Source: Pristiophorus japonicus (Eukaryota). From it: a stretch of 64,000 nt of DNA. The translations under genes and the position numbers were made by a program. Shown one piece after another: positions 13,480 to 26,770 of this stretch. Location: NCBI RefSeq assembly GCF_044704955.1, contig NC_091999.1, positions 13,950,001 to 14,014,000 on the forward strand. The letters are read 5' to 3'. The notes under the pieces are model-generated. The model was not told the origin of the DNA and ran no database searches. It saw nothing but the letters and a program-made list of their open reading frames with translations. Within the stretch, counting starts at the first letter, position 1. Each line of letters starts with the position of its first letter.

Positions 13480-13850
13480 ATATCCACCCAAGGGTGTTTA
13501 AAGAGTTGGGAAGGGTGCTCTGTCAGCCCCTTGCCCATATCTCCAACAGCTCAGTAGAGTCATGGGTTGTTCCCTGAGATTGGAAGGTAGCACATGTAGT
13601 TCCCATTTTGCAAATTGGGCACAAGTCAGAGCTCGGGAACTGAAAGCCCATCAACGTGACCTCGATCACTGGGAGGGTGCTTGAAGGGATCCTGAGAGAT
13701 GCTGTTTTCCATCATGGTGAAAAGGGAAGGGGCCATTCGAGATACTGAACACGGATTCCGGTAATCATGGTCACGTCTTACAAACTAGCTTGAGTTTGTA
13801 AAGAAGTTGTTCGGTTGGTGGAAGGGGGAATCCGGTTGACATTGTCTACC
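13480..13850 (+). mobile_element. Ancient CR1 RT fragment
   Basis: Degenerate HPRV...VVP.DWKVAHVVPI...HGF...VDIVYL pattern. Confidence 0.6.
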
Positions 13851-13985
13851 TCAAGGTGTCAAACTCATTTTCTATGATGGACCTGATCCAATATCCTGGC
13901 ACTTGGCATGGGCCACATTCAGCAAAAGCTATTAAAATAGGAATAAATGAAGATAAACTACATCGGAATTTACATTTAGATTTTA
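13851..13985. mobile_element. Possible hAT-type DNA transposon terminus
   Basis: caaggtgtcaaactca...gggccaca resembles the ends of hAT/Charlie-type MITEs. Only one end seen. Confidence 0.3.
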
Positions 13986-15639
13986 TTTACTGCCACTGCT
14001 CCTAATCCCTGGCACCTCTTAGCTTGAGCATTCATGAACTGACCCTGCTCAAACCATAAACTCAAGGATATCAGTGCATGGTTCTGCCTGTGACCACAAG
14101 GCTGTGTCACTGCCACACACAGATACCGTTTCCTTGTTTCACATCTCCATACAAACACCATCACTTCACACATCCTCTTTCTACACAATTGCAGCAGACA
14201 TGAGCAAGGACATGAGGCTTATTAAAAGACACATTTCATTACAGCAAAGGTTACACTGGGAGAAATGTTCAGTTATTTTCCATTACCGGCAAAATGCTGG
14301 ACAAACCAGCAGCACACTGGCACCTGAACAGTGTCTCATCGGCCTACAGGCTTTTCTCAAATAGATTTGCTGCCTGGATATAAACTTAAACCAGCTTTGC
14401 AGGCGTGATGCTCTATTCACACATTGAAGGTGAGAGAGATGCTGTGGGGCACACACTAAGTCCAGTAGCTGAAAGTGATTAACAGACTGGGTTTTGTGCT
14501 TCGTGATCCCAGTCGTGTTACCAATACCATCAAAGATGAAGCCCATGGAATAAAAGGGACAGTGGATACTGTCTCACTGTGAGCGAGTCAGAATGAGAAG
14601 CTTTAACAACAGCCGATGTTTCACAAAGGGAGACCTCACCAGACCAAAGGACATTGGTGGTGTTTAATGGGCTGTTTGTGTCACTGGGCTACAGGAGGCT
14701 ATTTGTGACAGAAGGAAAGCTGGTCACAGCAAACAAACAGTTTACCGGCCTGTCCAGGGCCCACTCTGACCCCCACCTTCTCTCTCTCACTATTGATGAA
14801 CACTGCTGCAGTAATTGCTCCTCTGACCTTTCCTCTCTTGTCCCTCCTACATCCCTAATACACGGCCCGACACAATCTCCCTCCCCCTACATCCTCACTG
14901 TGCTGGAATCCACACCAGTCTCCCCATCTGCTCCTTGTTCTCTCCCTGGATCCTGAAACTACAGAACTCGCTGATCCCTCCTGAAGTCTCCAGGCTCTAA
15001 AACTGAAGCTTGGTGGCCCTCAGTCCCCACTCCTAGATTTACCTCCCCTCCTCTTTCCCCCTTGGTTGTGTTCCACACTCTGGGCCTTGGGCCTTCCCTG
15101 GGGATTCTCAGTATGAAAAGTGTGTTGGGACAGAATGTCCCAATTCTCCTCCTTTAAAGGGACAAGGAGAGGACCAGCTGGGCTGAATGGCCCTGCTTTA
15201 TGACATCCTTGAGCCCTGCTCATTATGGGCTGGGTTGAGCTCAGTGCTGTTACAGGAAGGGAAACAGGAGCAGGATTCGACCCATGTGGAGCCCAGGATT
15301 AATGCGGAGAGGTACAGGATCAATTTATACCTTATTGCGTGAGAAATGTCAGTGACCCAGACACTCCCTGTCCCTCAGTATCTGTGTCGGGGAGTGACCG
15401 ATGGGTTCACTCTGTATCTAACCCATGCTGTGCCCGACTGGAGAGTGTTCGATGCTGGCATGAGCTGCTCAGCTCAATGAGCACAACATTTAACCCAAAG
15501 ATGATGAGATAAACCCATCAGCTTCTCCCCTGGACACAGGTCCTGTAGTCAGGAAGTGTCTCTATTAATTTGGCTAGTGTCCTTGATCAAATTTCAACAC
15601 TTCACATCTCTTTTTAAAAATTTGTTCATGGAATGTGTG

Positions 15640-16630
15640 AGTCACCTCTCACCTCTCATTCTTCTAACCGCTGGAGAATATCGGCCTGATCTACTCAATC
15701 TCTCATTGGACAATCCCCCCCCCCATATCCCAGCAATCAGTCTGGTGAACCTTCATTGCAGTCCCTCTGCAGCAAGTTTATCTTTCCTTAGGTAAGGAGA
15801 CCAAAACAGTACACAATACTCCAGGCGTGGTCTCACCAGGGCCCTGTATAATTGCAGTAAGATGTCTTTACTCTTATACTCAAATCCTCTTGTAATGAAG
15901 GCCAATATATCATTTGCTTTTTTAATTGCTTGCTGTACCTGCATATTAACTTTTGGCGATTTGTGTGCAAGAACACCCAGGTCCCTCTGAATACAATGTT
16001 TCCCAATCTCTCACCATTTAAAATAAATACTCTGCCTTTCTATTTTTACTGTCAGTGTCGAACTTAACATTTCTTCACATTATATTCCATTTACCATGTT
16101 CTTGCCCACTCACTGAGCCTGTATATATCCCTTTGAAACCTCTTTTCATCCTCCTCACACTTACATTCCCAACTAGCTTTGTATCCTCAGCAAACTTCAA
16201 TATATTACATTTGGTCCCCTCATCCATATTATTGATATAGATTGTGAATAGCTGGGGCCCAAGCACCGATCCTTGCAGCACCCCACCAGTTACAGCCTGC
16301 CAACCCGAAAATCACCCGTTTATTCCTACTCTCTGTTTTCTGTCTGTTAACCAATCCTTAATCCTTGTTCGTATATTGCGCCCAATCCCATGAGCCCTAA
16401 TTTTGTTTAATAATCTCTTGTGTGGCACCTCATCGAATGCCTTCTGTAAATCTAAATACACCACATCCAATGGTCCTGCTAGTTACAACCTCAAAAAACA
16501 CTAACAGATTTGTCAAGTTCAAGTTCCCTTTGCTAAATCCGTGTTGATTCTGCCCAATCCTGTTATTACTTACTACATGCTTAATAATAGATTTTTTAGC
16601 TTTTTCACAAGTACTTATGTCAGGACTACC
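15640..16630 (-). mobile_element. CR1 LINE RT fragment
   Basis: QGSVLGPQLFTIYIN, KFAEDTKL, LEYCVLFWSP. Confidence 0.88.
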
Positions 16631-18730
16631 AGTAATGCACGGGTTAGATACAATGTAAATCTCACTCAATTCTGTCCCAAACACTACCAGGGTTGGTACA
16701 GAGTAAATCTCAGTCTGCAATATCCCAAACACTCCCAGGGCCAATACAACACAGGTTAGACACAGAGTAAAGCTCAGTCTACACCATCCCACTACACATT
16801 CCCAGAGCAGGTAAAACACAGGTTAGACACAGAGTGCATCTCCTTCTACCCTGACCCAGCCATTCCATTGCAGATACAGCATTTGTTAGATATAAAGTAA
16901 ATCTCCCTCTGCACTGTCCAGATAAACATTCCAAGGGCAGGTACAGCATAATTTAGATACAGTGTAATTCTCTCTCTCATCTCTCACTACAATTGTACAG
17001 TGCCTTGATGAGACCACACCTGGAGTACTTTGCACAGTTTTCAGCTCCTTATCTAAGGAAGGATGTACTTGCCTTGCTTAGATACAGAGTAAAGCTCCCT
17101 AAACACTATCCCACCAGATATTCCAAGGGCAGGTACAACACAGGTTAGATATGGAGTAGATCTCCCCCTACCCTTTCCCAAACATTCCAGGGCAACTACA
17201 GCACCTGAAAGATACAGAATAAAGCTCCCTCTACACTGCAGCATCAAACATTCCCAGGGCAAGTACAGCATGGGATAGATACAGAATAAAGCTCCCTCTA
17301 CACTGTCCCATCAAATACTCCCAGGGTAGGTACAGCATGGGTTAGATACAGAATAAAGCTTCCTCTACACTGTCCCATCAAACACTCCCAGGGCAAGTAC
17401 AGCATGGGATAGATACAGAATAAAGCTCCATCTACACTGTCCCATCAAATACTCCCAGGGCAGGTCCAGCATGGATTAGATGCAGAATACAGCTCCATCT
17501 ACACTGTCCCATCAAATACTCCCAGGGCAGGTCCAGCATGGATTAGATGCAGAATACAGCTCCATCTGCACTGTCCCATCAAACACTCCCAGGGCAGGTA
17601 CAGCACAGATTAGGTACAGCATAAAGCTGTCTCGACACTGTCCCATCAAACACTCCCAGGCAGCTACAGCACGGGTTTGATACAAAGTAAAGCTCCATCT
17701 ACAATGTCCCATCAAACAATCCCAGGGCAGGTAAAGCTCACTCTACACTGTCCAATCAAACACGCCCAGAGCAGGTACTGCATTGGTTGGATACTAAGTA
17801 AAGCTCCCTCTATACTTTCCAAATAAACACTCAGAGGGCAGGTACAGTACAATTTAGATACTTCGCTCTACAATTGTAGAGGGTCTTGGTGAGACCAAGT
17901 GCACAGTTTTGGTCTCCTAATCTAAGGAAGAATATACTCACCTTGCTTAGATACAGAGTAAAGCTCCCTCGACACTGTCCCACCAGACATTCCAAGGGCA
18001 GGTACAACAAAGATTAAATATGGAGTATATCTCCCGCTACACTGTCCCAAGCATTCCAGAGTAGATACTGCATTGGTGAGATACAGAGTAAAGCTCCCTC
18101 TGCACTGTCCCATCAAACACTGCCTGGGCCGGTAAAGCACGGGGGTTTAAACACAGAGTAAATCTCTCTCTACACAGTCCCAGGGCAGGTACAGTACGGG
18201 TTATATACAGAGTAAAGCTCCTTCTGCACTGTCCTAAAGAATCCCAGGGCAGGTACAGCAAGGGTTCGTCACAATTTAAAGCTCCCTGAAGGCTGACCCA
18301 TTAAACACTCCCAGGGCAGGACAGCACAGGTTAAATACACAGTAAGGATCCTCTGCACTGTCCCACCAGACATTCCCAGCGCATGCACAGCACAGGTTAG
18401 ATGAAGAGTAAAGCCCCCTCAGCATTGTCCCATCAAACACTGCCAGGGCCAGTACAGCACAGGATAGACACGGTGTATATTTTCCCGAAACACTCCACGG
18501 CAGGAACAGAATGGTATAAATAGAGAGTAATTTCTCCGTCTTTACTTTCCCAACAATCCCTGGGAAGGTACAGGACCGGTTATCTAAAGATTTAATCTCT
18601 CTCCAACCTGTCCCAAACGCTCCCAGGTTAGGTACTGCATTGGTTAGATACAGAGTTAATCTCCCTGTACGCTGTCCCATCAAACACTGCAGAACAGGTA
18701 CAGAGTAAAGTTCCCCCTAGACTGTCCAGT
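16630..18730 (+). repeat. Degenerate 67-bp tandem repeat array with two small CR1 scraps inside
   Basis: Unit cccatcaaacactcccagggcaggtacagcacgggttagatacagagtaaagctccctctacactgt. Most units contain AGCT. Confidence 0.9.
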
Positions 18731-18734
18731 CAAA

Positions 18735-19316
18735 TGTTATTGAATGGGGAGCAGGCTCGAGGGGGTGGAGGAGTCCGAGTGGCCCACTCCTGCTCCTATT
18801 TCTCATGGTCTTCTGTACCCAGCATGCCCCGTGATGGAGAATGTGCCGCACCCAGACTGCAGGAGCTCAGTACGCAGGCGCGGGCCCTGGCTGTGTTTGG
18901 AGCATGCGCGGTGCGTGTAATGGCGGAGAAGACATGTTTTGGACAGGCTCCTCAGAAGTGCCCTTTTCAGTGGGACGGAGCGGAATAATGTACCAGCGGG
19001 GAGCCGGGAAGGCTTCATAAACAACCGGTGCCCGCCGCAAGCCCGGAATAATAACCGGAATATCGGCGGTTGCAGCTTCGGGGCTTTCTCCAGTCACAGG
19101 CCCAGGCTAACGGCGGCCATCTTGGTACAGGAAGGCAGGTTCAGCGCTCCGCCATTTTCCGCGGCCATCTTCGTACAGGAATAAAGTGAATGATGTCGGT
19201 GTCTGGAACTGAGCCGAGCCAGAGTCAGTACCTTCAGGGGAGGGGAACCAGTGAGTAGAACTGAACCCAGCCAGAGTCAGCACCTTCAGGGGAGGGGAAC
19301 CAGTGAGTGTAGAACT
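18735..19316 (+). promoter_or_regulatory. CpG-rich promoter / first-exon-like module, copy 2 (includes preceding CR1 tail and two 54-bp units)
   Basis: Paralogous to 773-1267. YY1-type GCCATCTT twice and CCGCCATTTT at 19149-19158; GCATGCGC at 18902-18909; ATGATG at 19190; GTGAGT donors at 19251 and 19303. Confidence 0.55.
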
Positions 19317-19342
19317 GATGTTATATCTGTAACTAACTGTTA

Positions 19343-21373
19343 CACACCCACCCCCCACACACACAACCTAACCGAGCCCCCCCCACATACACAACCTAAC
19401 CGAGACCCCCCCCCCACACACACACAACCTAACCGAGATCCCCCCCCATACACAACCTAACCGAGACCCCCCCACACACACACAACCTAACCGAGACCCC
19501 CCCCACACACACACAACCTAACCGAGACGCCCCCCACACACACAACCTAACCGAGCCCCCCCCACACACGTGACCCCCGCTCCACATACACAACCTAACC
19601 GAGACCCCGCCCCCACACACACAACCTAACCGAGATTCCCCCCATACACAACCTAACCGAGACCCCCCCACACACACACAACCTAACCGAGACCCCCCCA
19701 CACACACAACCTAACCGAGACCCCCCCACATACACAACCTAACCGAGACCCCCCCCCACACACACAACCTAACCGAGATTCCCCCCCATACACAACCTAA
19801 CCGAGACCCCCCCACACACACACAACCTAACCATGACCCCCGCCCCACACACACAACCTAACCGAGAACCCCCCACACACATAACCTAACCGAGACCCCC
19901 CGACACACACAACCTAACCGTGACCCCCCCCACACACACAACCGAACCGTAACCATCCCCCCCCACTCAACCGAACCGAGACCCCCCCACACACAACCTA
20001 ACCGAGACCCCACCCACACAACCTAACTGAGACCCCTCCCCCACACAACTTAACTGTGACCCTCCCCCACACAACCTAACCGAGACCCCCCCCACACACA
20101 CAACCGAACCGAGCCCCCCCCACACACACAACCTAACCGAGACCCCCACACCACACACAACCTAACTGTGACCCTTCCCCATACAACCTAACCGAGACCT
20201 CCCCCACAAACAACCAAACCGTGACCCCCCCACACAAACGTAACCGAGACCCCCACACAAACAAACCAACCGTGACCCCCTCACAAACAACCCAACCGTG
20301 ACCCCCCCACACACAACCTAACTGAGACCCCCCCAAAAACAACCTGAGAGCAGCCCCACAAACAACCTATCCATGACCCCCCCGCACACAAGCTAACCGA
20401 GACTCCCCCCATACACACACAACCTAACCGAGAACCCCCACACACAACCTAACCGAGACCCGCCCCCAAACACAACCTAACCGTGACCCCCCCCACATAC
20501 AACCTAACTGTGACCCCCCCCACACACAACCTAACCGTGACCCCCCCCACACACAACCTAACCGAGACCCCCCACACACACACAACGTAACCATGACCCC
20601 CCCCCACACACACAACCTAACCGAGACCCCCCACACACATACAACCTAACCGAGACCCCCCACACACATACAACCTAACCGAGACCCCCCACACACATAC
20701 AACCTAACCGAGACCCCCCACACACACACAACGTAACCATGACCCCCCCCCACACACACAACCTAACCGAGACCCCCCACACACATACAACCTAACCGTG
20801 ACCCCCCCCACACACACAACCTAACCGTGACCCCCCCAGACACACAACCTAACCGTGACCCCCCCCCACACACACAACCTAACCGTGACCCCCCCAGACA
20901 CACAACCTAACCATGACCCCCCCCCACACACACAACCTAACCGTGACCCCCCACACACAACCTAACCGTGACCCCCCCTACGCACACACAACCTAACCGA
21001 GACCCCCCCACACACAACATAACCGAGACCCCCCACACACACAACCTAACCAAGACCCCCCACACACAACCTAACCGTGACCCCCCACACACACAACCTA
21101 ACCGTGACCCCCCACACACAACCTAACCGTGACCCCCCTACGCACACACAACCTAACCGAGACCCCCCCCACACACAACATAACCGAGACCCCCCCACAC
21201 ACAATCTAACCGAGACCCCCCCACACTCAATCTAACCGAGACCCCCCCCCACACAACCTAACCGAGACCCCCACCCCTCCCCCCCACACACACAACCTAA
21301 CTGAGACCCCCCCCACACGCACACAACCTACATGAGACCCCCCCCCACACGCACACAACCGAACCGAGACCCC
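19343..21373. repeat. About 2-kb C-rich minisatellite (ACACAACCTAACCGAGACCCCCCC)n
   Basis: Dozens of units of roughly 25-32 bp with an invariant AACCTAACCG core and variable C and CA runs. Extreme C/G strand skew. Confidence 0.95.
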
Positions 21374-21470
21374 GCAGCAAGATGCAGTTGCACAAAAACA
21401 AAAATATATTTTTTTCAAAAAAATAAAATCGTCGATCCCAGCAAAACAAACGGCCCCAACAAACGGAGGT

Positions 21471-21676
21471 CATCATCACAAAAGTTCCTCGGAATCGAGG
21501 AAGACTTGCTTCCACTCTAAAAGTGAGTTCTCAGGTGACTGAGCTGTCCAATATGAGAACCACAGTCTCTGTCACAGGTGGGACAGGCAGTGGTTGAGGG
21601 AAAGGGTGGGTGGGACTGGTTTACCGCACGCTCCTCCCGCTGCCTGCGCTTGTTTTCTGCATGCTCTCGGCGATGA
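21471..21676 (-). mobile_element. RTE-clade LINE 3' end
   Basis: Minus strand reads ...KRRQREERAVNQSHPPFPSTTACPTCDRDCGSHIGQLSHLRTHF*, a C-terminal CCHH motif, followed by a (gat)n-like tail. Confidence 0.7.
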
Positions 21677-22019
21677 AACTGCAATTAAATAAAGGACCAG
21701 ATGTGCTGATTGAGAAATAAATGCTGGCCAAAATAACAGGAACAGGTCTCTGCTCTTCGATTGTATGATCCCATAAAGGATTCTTTATTGAGGAGATGTA
21801 TAAATGTTCTTGTTTTGTAATGTAATAGAGTTCGGGGATAGAGAGGTGTATTCCTGACCAGGGCATCGACAGGAACTGACGGAAGCTCAAATGCCCATGT
21901 AGTCATTCATGGGGAAATGGTGGAATTAGTTTATTCTGCTGTCAAATTTCGAGTTGTTTATTTCTTTTATAAGCACGGATTACAGAGTCTAACTTGTTCA
22001 CTGGGCCATTCTTTCCCAG

Positions 22020-22294
22020 TAACACCGTCTCACCCCACCCTCTACGCCCTGCTCTCCTCCTGTGAACAACCCAGTACGGCTGTTTGGCGATGGACTACTC
22101 CCCCGACATCACCAGCCTTTTCTGGAAGAAAGATAAAGAACCGATCATCACTGGATTGAAGACCTACCCGCCAGTGCTCAACAAGAAGGGAACCTACACC
22201 CTGAGCAGCCAGTTAACCGAGTCAGAGGTGGGGAGCAGCACAATCTACTGCGAGGTTCGACGTTGTGGGTCGTTGTGGAACATCAGAATGCCAG
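22020..22294 (+). pseudogene. ighm: IgM heavy chain CH1 exon (frameshifted)
   Basis: Acceptor tttcccag, donor gttagt. [19 protein letters not shown] / [46 protein letters not shown]...IYCEVRR matches horn-shark Cmu1 as I recall it. About 6 codons are missing with a net frameshift at 22077/22078. Confidence 0.93.
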
Positions 22295-22577
22295 GTTAGT
22301 GGTGTGGGATACAGGGCAAACTGAAAAGGTGAGAAATTATGTTCAACTTGTATGGAAACTTAGTTAGACCACACTTAGAATATTATGCACGGTTCTGGTC
22401 TCCATATCATACTTTGAATATTATGCACGGTTCTGGTCTGCATGTTACACTGTGGTCTCTGTAAATGCCAGGTTAGTGTTAGAATTACAGCAAAGAACCT
22501 GTTAAAACATAAGGACACTTTGCATTGTTTAATCATTTATTTTGCAAGCAATGGCAAGAATATGTCTTCTCTTGAAG

Positions 22578-22895
22578 ATCCTGAATGGGACATCGTTCCT
22601 CCAACTGTTCTCCTCACGCTGTGTTCCACTGAACAAATCACCAACAGCAGATATGCAAGCGCCGTGTGTTCAATCATCGATTTCCGGCCAAAGTCACTGA
22701 CCGTGAATTGGCTGAAGAGTGGACAACTCCTGGATTCGGGATTCATCACCTCTCCCGTCTTTGAGGTGAACGGGAACTTCTCGGCGTCCAGTCGGCTGAT
22801 AGTCCCCGCCGAGGAATGGTTCACCGGCTCAGTCTACACCTGCCAGGTCACTCATGTAGGGGTCATGCAAAGCCATAACTTCAGCAGATCTCAGA
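22578..22895 (+). pseudogene. ighm: IgM heavy chain CH2 exon (open frame)
   Basis: Acceptor cttgaag, donor gtaaga. C1-set domain IVPPTVLL...[18 protein letters not shown]...[15 protein letters not shown]. Confidence 0.93.
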
Positions 22896-22919
22896 GTAAG
22901 AGGCACAATCCCGGGAGGT

Positions 22920-23215
22920 TCATAAAAATATAGAAACATAGAAAATAGGTGCAGGAGTGGGCCATTCGTCCCTTCGAACCTGCACCACCATTCAATAAGA
23001 TCATGGCTGATCATTCACCTCAGTACCCCTTTCCTGCTTTCTCTCCATACCTCTTGATCCCTTTAGCCGCAAGGACCATATCTAACTCCCTCTTGAATAT
23101 GTCCAATGAACTGGCATCAACAACAACTCTGCGGCAGGGAATTCCACAGGTCAACAACTCTCTGAATGAAGAAGTTTCTCCTCATCTCAGTCCTAAATGG
23201 CTTACCCCTTATCCA
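22920..23215 (-). mobile_element. CR1 3' tail in the CH2-CH3 intron
   Basis: aacatagaaaataggtgcaggag tail, same subfamily as the element at 1268. Confidence 0.88.
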
Positions 23216-23320
23216 GACCATTCTGAGCGCTGATCTCAGTCAGGACTTTTATTGGAATTAGTAAAAAGCACAGAACTATTCCTAATTTCCAATCATGCAG
23301 TTTGTGTATTCTTGCGATAC

Positions 23321-23745
23321 AAACTTGCCTTTATACAGCGCTTTCAGCGACCACAGACTGAATCAAAGCGCTTTCCAGCCAATTAATTAAGTTGTGAAAT
23401 GTGGTCACAGTTGTAATGTACAAAGTACAGCAGTCATTTAGTGCACATAAGCTCTCACAAACAGCAGTGTGATAATGACCAGATTTTCTTTGTTTCGTGA
23501 TGTTTTTTGAGGGATTAATATTCCCAGGCCACCAGGGAGAACTCCTCTGCTTTTCATTGAAATAATTCCAGGGGATCTTTTACCTCCACCTGAGAGACCA
23601 GACGGATCCTCGGTTTAACACGTGATCTGACAGACGGTACCTCCGATAGTGCACCACACCCCCAGTACTGCACTGGGAGACTCAGCTTACATTTTGTGAT
23701 CAAGTATCTGGAGTGGGAATTCAACCCACGATCTTCTGGTTCAGG
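23321..23745 (-). mobile_element. DeuSINE / SacSINE1-like SINE
   Basis: Minus strand shows a tRNA-like B-box head (gggttgaattcccactccag), a Deu-domain-like core (cagtactg...ggaggtaccgtc...ttaaaccgagg...caggtgga...taaaagatccc) and the tail aaagcgctgtataaaggcaagt. Confidence 0.75.
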
Positions 23746-23924
23746 ATTCTTCATTGTTCAGGATTTATTAACCTCGCCAAAGAAGCTTTCCCCTGCTCTG
23801 ATGTCAGGCAGTGAGTGAAGTGTCCTTAGTCTCAGGTTTATCCTGAGTTGGCTAATCATATACAGAGCGGCAGTAGGAGTCTGGAACCCATTCCTGCTAA
23901 CTGTCCAGGAACCCTGCTAGAATG

Positions 23925-24450
23925 GGCATCTACCCTATTCAGAGCACTGAGCCCAATTCTGGGCTCCGCACCTCAGGAAGGATATACGTGGAGGCGCAAA
24001 ACTGCAGCTTTACCCGAATTAAACCGGGGCTAATAATGTAAAATGATCAGGAGACGAGTATAGAATGTTAAGAGGGGATCCAATTGACATGTTTAAGTTG
24101 AGAAATGACATTGATCGAGCAGATATAGAAAAAATGTATTTGTTTTGTTGGGAGAGTCCAGAACAAGTAGCATAACTTTAAAATTAGAGTTAGGCCGTGC
24201 AGAGGTGATATCAGGAAGGATTTCTTCACAGGAAGAATAATGCAAGTCGGGATTTCCCTCCCCAAAAGCTGCTGACCCTGGGTTTCATTTGAAAATTTAA
24301 AAGCAGAGAATGAGAGATTTTTGTTAGGCAAGATTATCAAGGGTTACATAACCAAGGCGGGAAGATGGTGTTGAGTGTTGATCAGCCATGATCTAACTGG
24401 ATGGTGGGACAGGATGGATGGGCTGAATGGCCTCCTCCTGTTCCTATGTT
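23925..24450 (+). mobile_element. Degenerate CR1 3' fragment
   Basis: caattctgggctccgcacctcaggaaggatata...cagccatgatctaactg...gggctgaatggcctcctcctgttcctatgtt. Confidence 0.75.
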
Positions 24451-25159
24451 GCTATTAATGCCCTGGGATCATATTTCATTCCGACTCTCTCTCACTAGAC
24501 ATGATAAATGTTCAGTAATTACAGAAATTAACAAACTACCTCACATCATTACAAATGATGCCCAACCACAAAAGACTCCTTGGAACTCCATTCTCCCGAC
24601 CTTGCACTTCTCCTCTGACGGGAGTTGTGACTGGTTCCTGCACATTTTCACCCCAACAAATGTCGCAGCAAGAGACCAGAAACTTAACTTTGTTTCCTGC
24701 AGCCCCAAAATTCCTGAAATGCATTTGACACTGGTTTTGAACCAGTATAATGCTGGTGTAGACCTCTTGAACTTCGGGCTATTCGGGCTTCAGCTATTAT
24801 AACCAGCAGAGATGCATTTGGGTGAAAGGAACTATAGACGGGCGTAAAGGAGCAAGGGATTTCAGGAAGAGCACTATTCAGTGCCTAACACAATTGCGCC
24901 CCAATGTATTCCCATTTTACACCAGGTCTTTGCTTCAGAGCCCATTACAGGTGGCTCTGGCTGCAAATACACAGGAAATGTTACAGATCTCCTGGAATTG
25001 TTTCCAATTCATTGCCCTTCCAATAACGACGGTGTTTAAGCAACAGCGGGAGGTAGATATCTCAAAAGTGATTTGTTCCCCTTGAAAGAGTTAAAGCTAA
25101 ATATTGGTGTCGTGATTCTGAAGATGTAGCTTTTCCTGACGTTCATTCCTGTTTCGCAG

Positions 25160-25468
25160 TGGATGTCCCATGCAGCGATTCAAAAATCACTCTTCGCCCA
25201 CCGTCACTGGAACAGGTCCTACTGGAGGCGACGGTGACCTTAACCTGCATCGTGTCTGATGCTCCTTATGGGCTCACCGTATCCTGGACCTGAGAAAAGG
25301 AGGCTTTGAAATCAGAGATTGCCGTTCAACCGGGAGAGGATCCCAACAGCGTGATCAGCAACTTAAACATCTCGACACAAGACTGGCTGAGTGGGGATAA
25401 GTTCTACTGCATGGTGAGCCATCAGGATATGCCGACTCCTCTCAGAGATTCCATCCACAAGGAAAAGG
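25160..25468 (+). pseudogene. ighm: IgM heavy chain CH3 exon (in-frame stop)
   Basis: Acceptor tttcgcag, donor gtgagc. [59 protein letters not shown]...[22 protein letters not shown], with TGA at 25291-25293. Confidence 0.93.
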
Positions 25469-26334
25469 GTGAGCAGGGAGATTGTTGCAATAAGTGAGAC
25501 ACTGCGATTATTTCCGGTGCATGTGCAAGGGCCAATTCATCATATAAAGTGTTTAATGGGCTACTCTGATCATTCAGTTTGGTAATTCCACGAACTCAGC
25601 ACTCTGGGACCTGACATTATGCATTTTAGGGGAAAATGGATAAGTCCATGAGCAAGATAGAAATAGCAGAGTATGTGAGCTCAGAGGAGGCGTGTGTGCA
25701 GCATAAACACCGGCATAGTTGGCTAAATCTCCTCGTTCTGTGCAGTAAATTCTATGTCATTTTCCAGTCCAACCCTTCAAGATTTCAGAGAGAAAGATTA
25801 CGTTCCCTCTGCTAAGGGATGGAAAACCAGAGAGGCCCCAGAGGGGAAAAGCAAAAGCGTTAAAATTGAATGCAGAGTCCATTTCTCTCACATCTAACCA
25901 CCTGAAATTGGCTGAATTTGAATGGGGAAGTCTCACAGGCCACCCGGGAGAACGGGAGGATTCGAAGCCGAGTGAGGAGGTCTCGGATCGCGGGGGGTGG
26001 GTTAGGTAGGGACCCTGGATCCAGGGGCAATTGCCACCTGGGTGAAGCAGTCCCCGCCTCGCTGTAACTGCTGGTATTTACACAGTGTGTCAAACCGGAC
26101 CAGCGACAGTTAAACACCAAATGGAGGTTAAAATAGAGGATTCCAGCCTCATTTAATTATATTACTCAAATATAATGTTACAACCGGGAGTGGGCGAGTT
26201 GAGGTCGGGATTCCGATTTTTAACAATTTAACCACCCTCTCGTCCACAACACACCCGCTGTATTCGATTGATATTCCCCCCCATTGTCTCTGGAACTGTC
26301 CAGTTCATTGGCCTTTATTGTAACTGTTCTACAG

Positions 26335-26726
26335 CGAAAGATCCACGGGAACTGGCCGTGTCTGTCCTCCTGCCTTCGGCAGAAGAAGTCTCCGCTCAGA
26401 GGTTGGTCAGCCTCACCTGCTTAGTGACAGGTTTCTCCCCCCGAGAGATCTTCGTCAAATGGACCGTCAATGACAAGCCGGTGGATTCCGGCAACTACAA
26501 GAACACCGAGGTGATGGCGGAGAACGGCAGCAGATCCTTCTTCATGTACAGCCTGCTATCCATTGCAGCCGAGGAGTGGGCCAGCGGCGCTTCTTATTCC
26601 TGTGTGGTGGGACATGAAGTGATTCCCTTGAAGATCATCAACAGAACCATCAATAAATCCAGTGGTAAACCCAGTTTTGTGAACATTTCCCTTGTTCTGA
26701 TGGACACCGTCAATTCTTGTCAATGA
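26335..26726 (+). pseudogene. ighm: IgM heavy chain CH4 plus secretory tailpiece exon (open frame)
   Basis: Acceptor ttctacag. [17 protein letters not shown]...[16 protein letters not shown]...NKSS then tailpiece [20 protein letters not shown] with an NIS sequon and penultimate Cys. Internal donor G|GTAAAC at 26664/26665 for the membrane form. Confidence 0.95.
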
Positions 26727-26754
26727 GAATCTCTCGATTGCATTTCAGTTCTTA

Positions 26755-26770
26755 AATAAAAACCAATAAA
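26755..26770 (+). terminator. Polyadenylation signals of secretory mu
   Basis: AATAAA at 26755-26760 and 26765-26770, just after the stop codon. Confidence 0.7.

Noticed and set aside
14490-14581. Possible RSS (GGTTTTGTG and CACTGTG) marking a D or J segment
   Set aside because: The nonamer and heptamer are not 12 or 22/23 bp apart, and no WGxG J-coding sequence follows.
19343-21373. CRISPR-like array or telomeric repeat
   Set aside because: The variable parts are only C and CA runs, not unique spacers; there are no cas genes and the context is eukaryotic. CCTAA occurs once per unit, not as (CCCTAA)n.
26081-26118. CACAGTG heptamer with a weak nonamer in the CH3-CH4 intron
   Set aside because: The nonamer matches only about 6 of 9 positions and no gene segment is adjacent; chance-level match.
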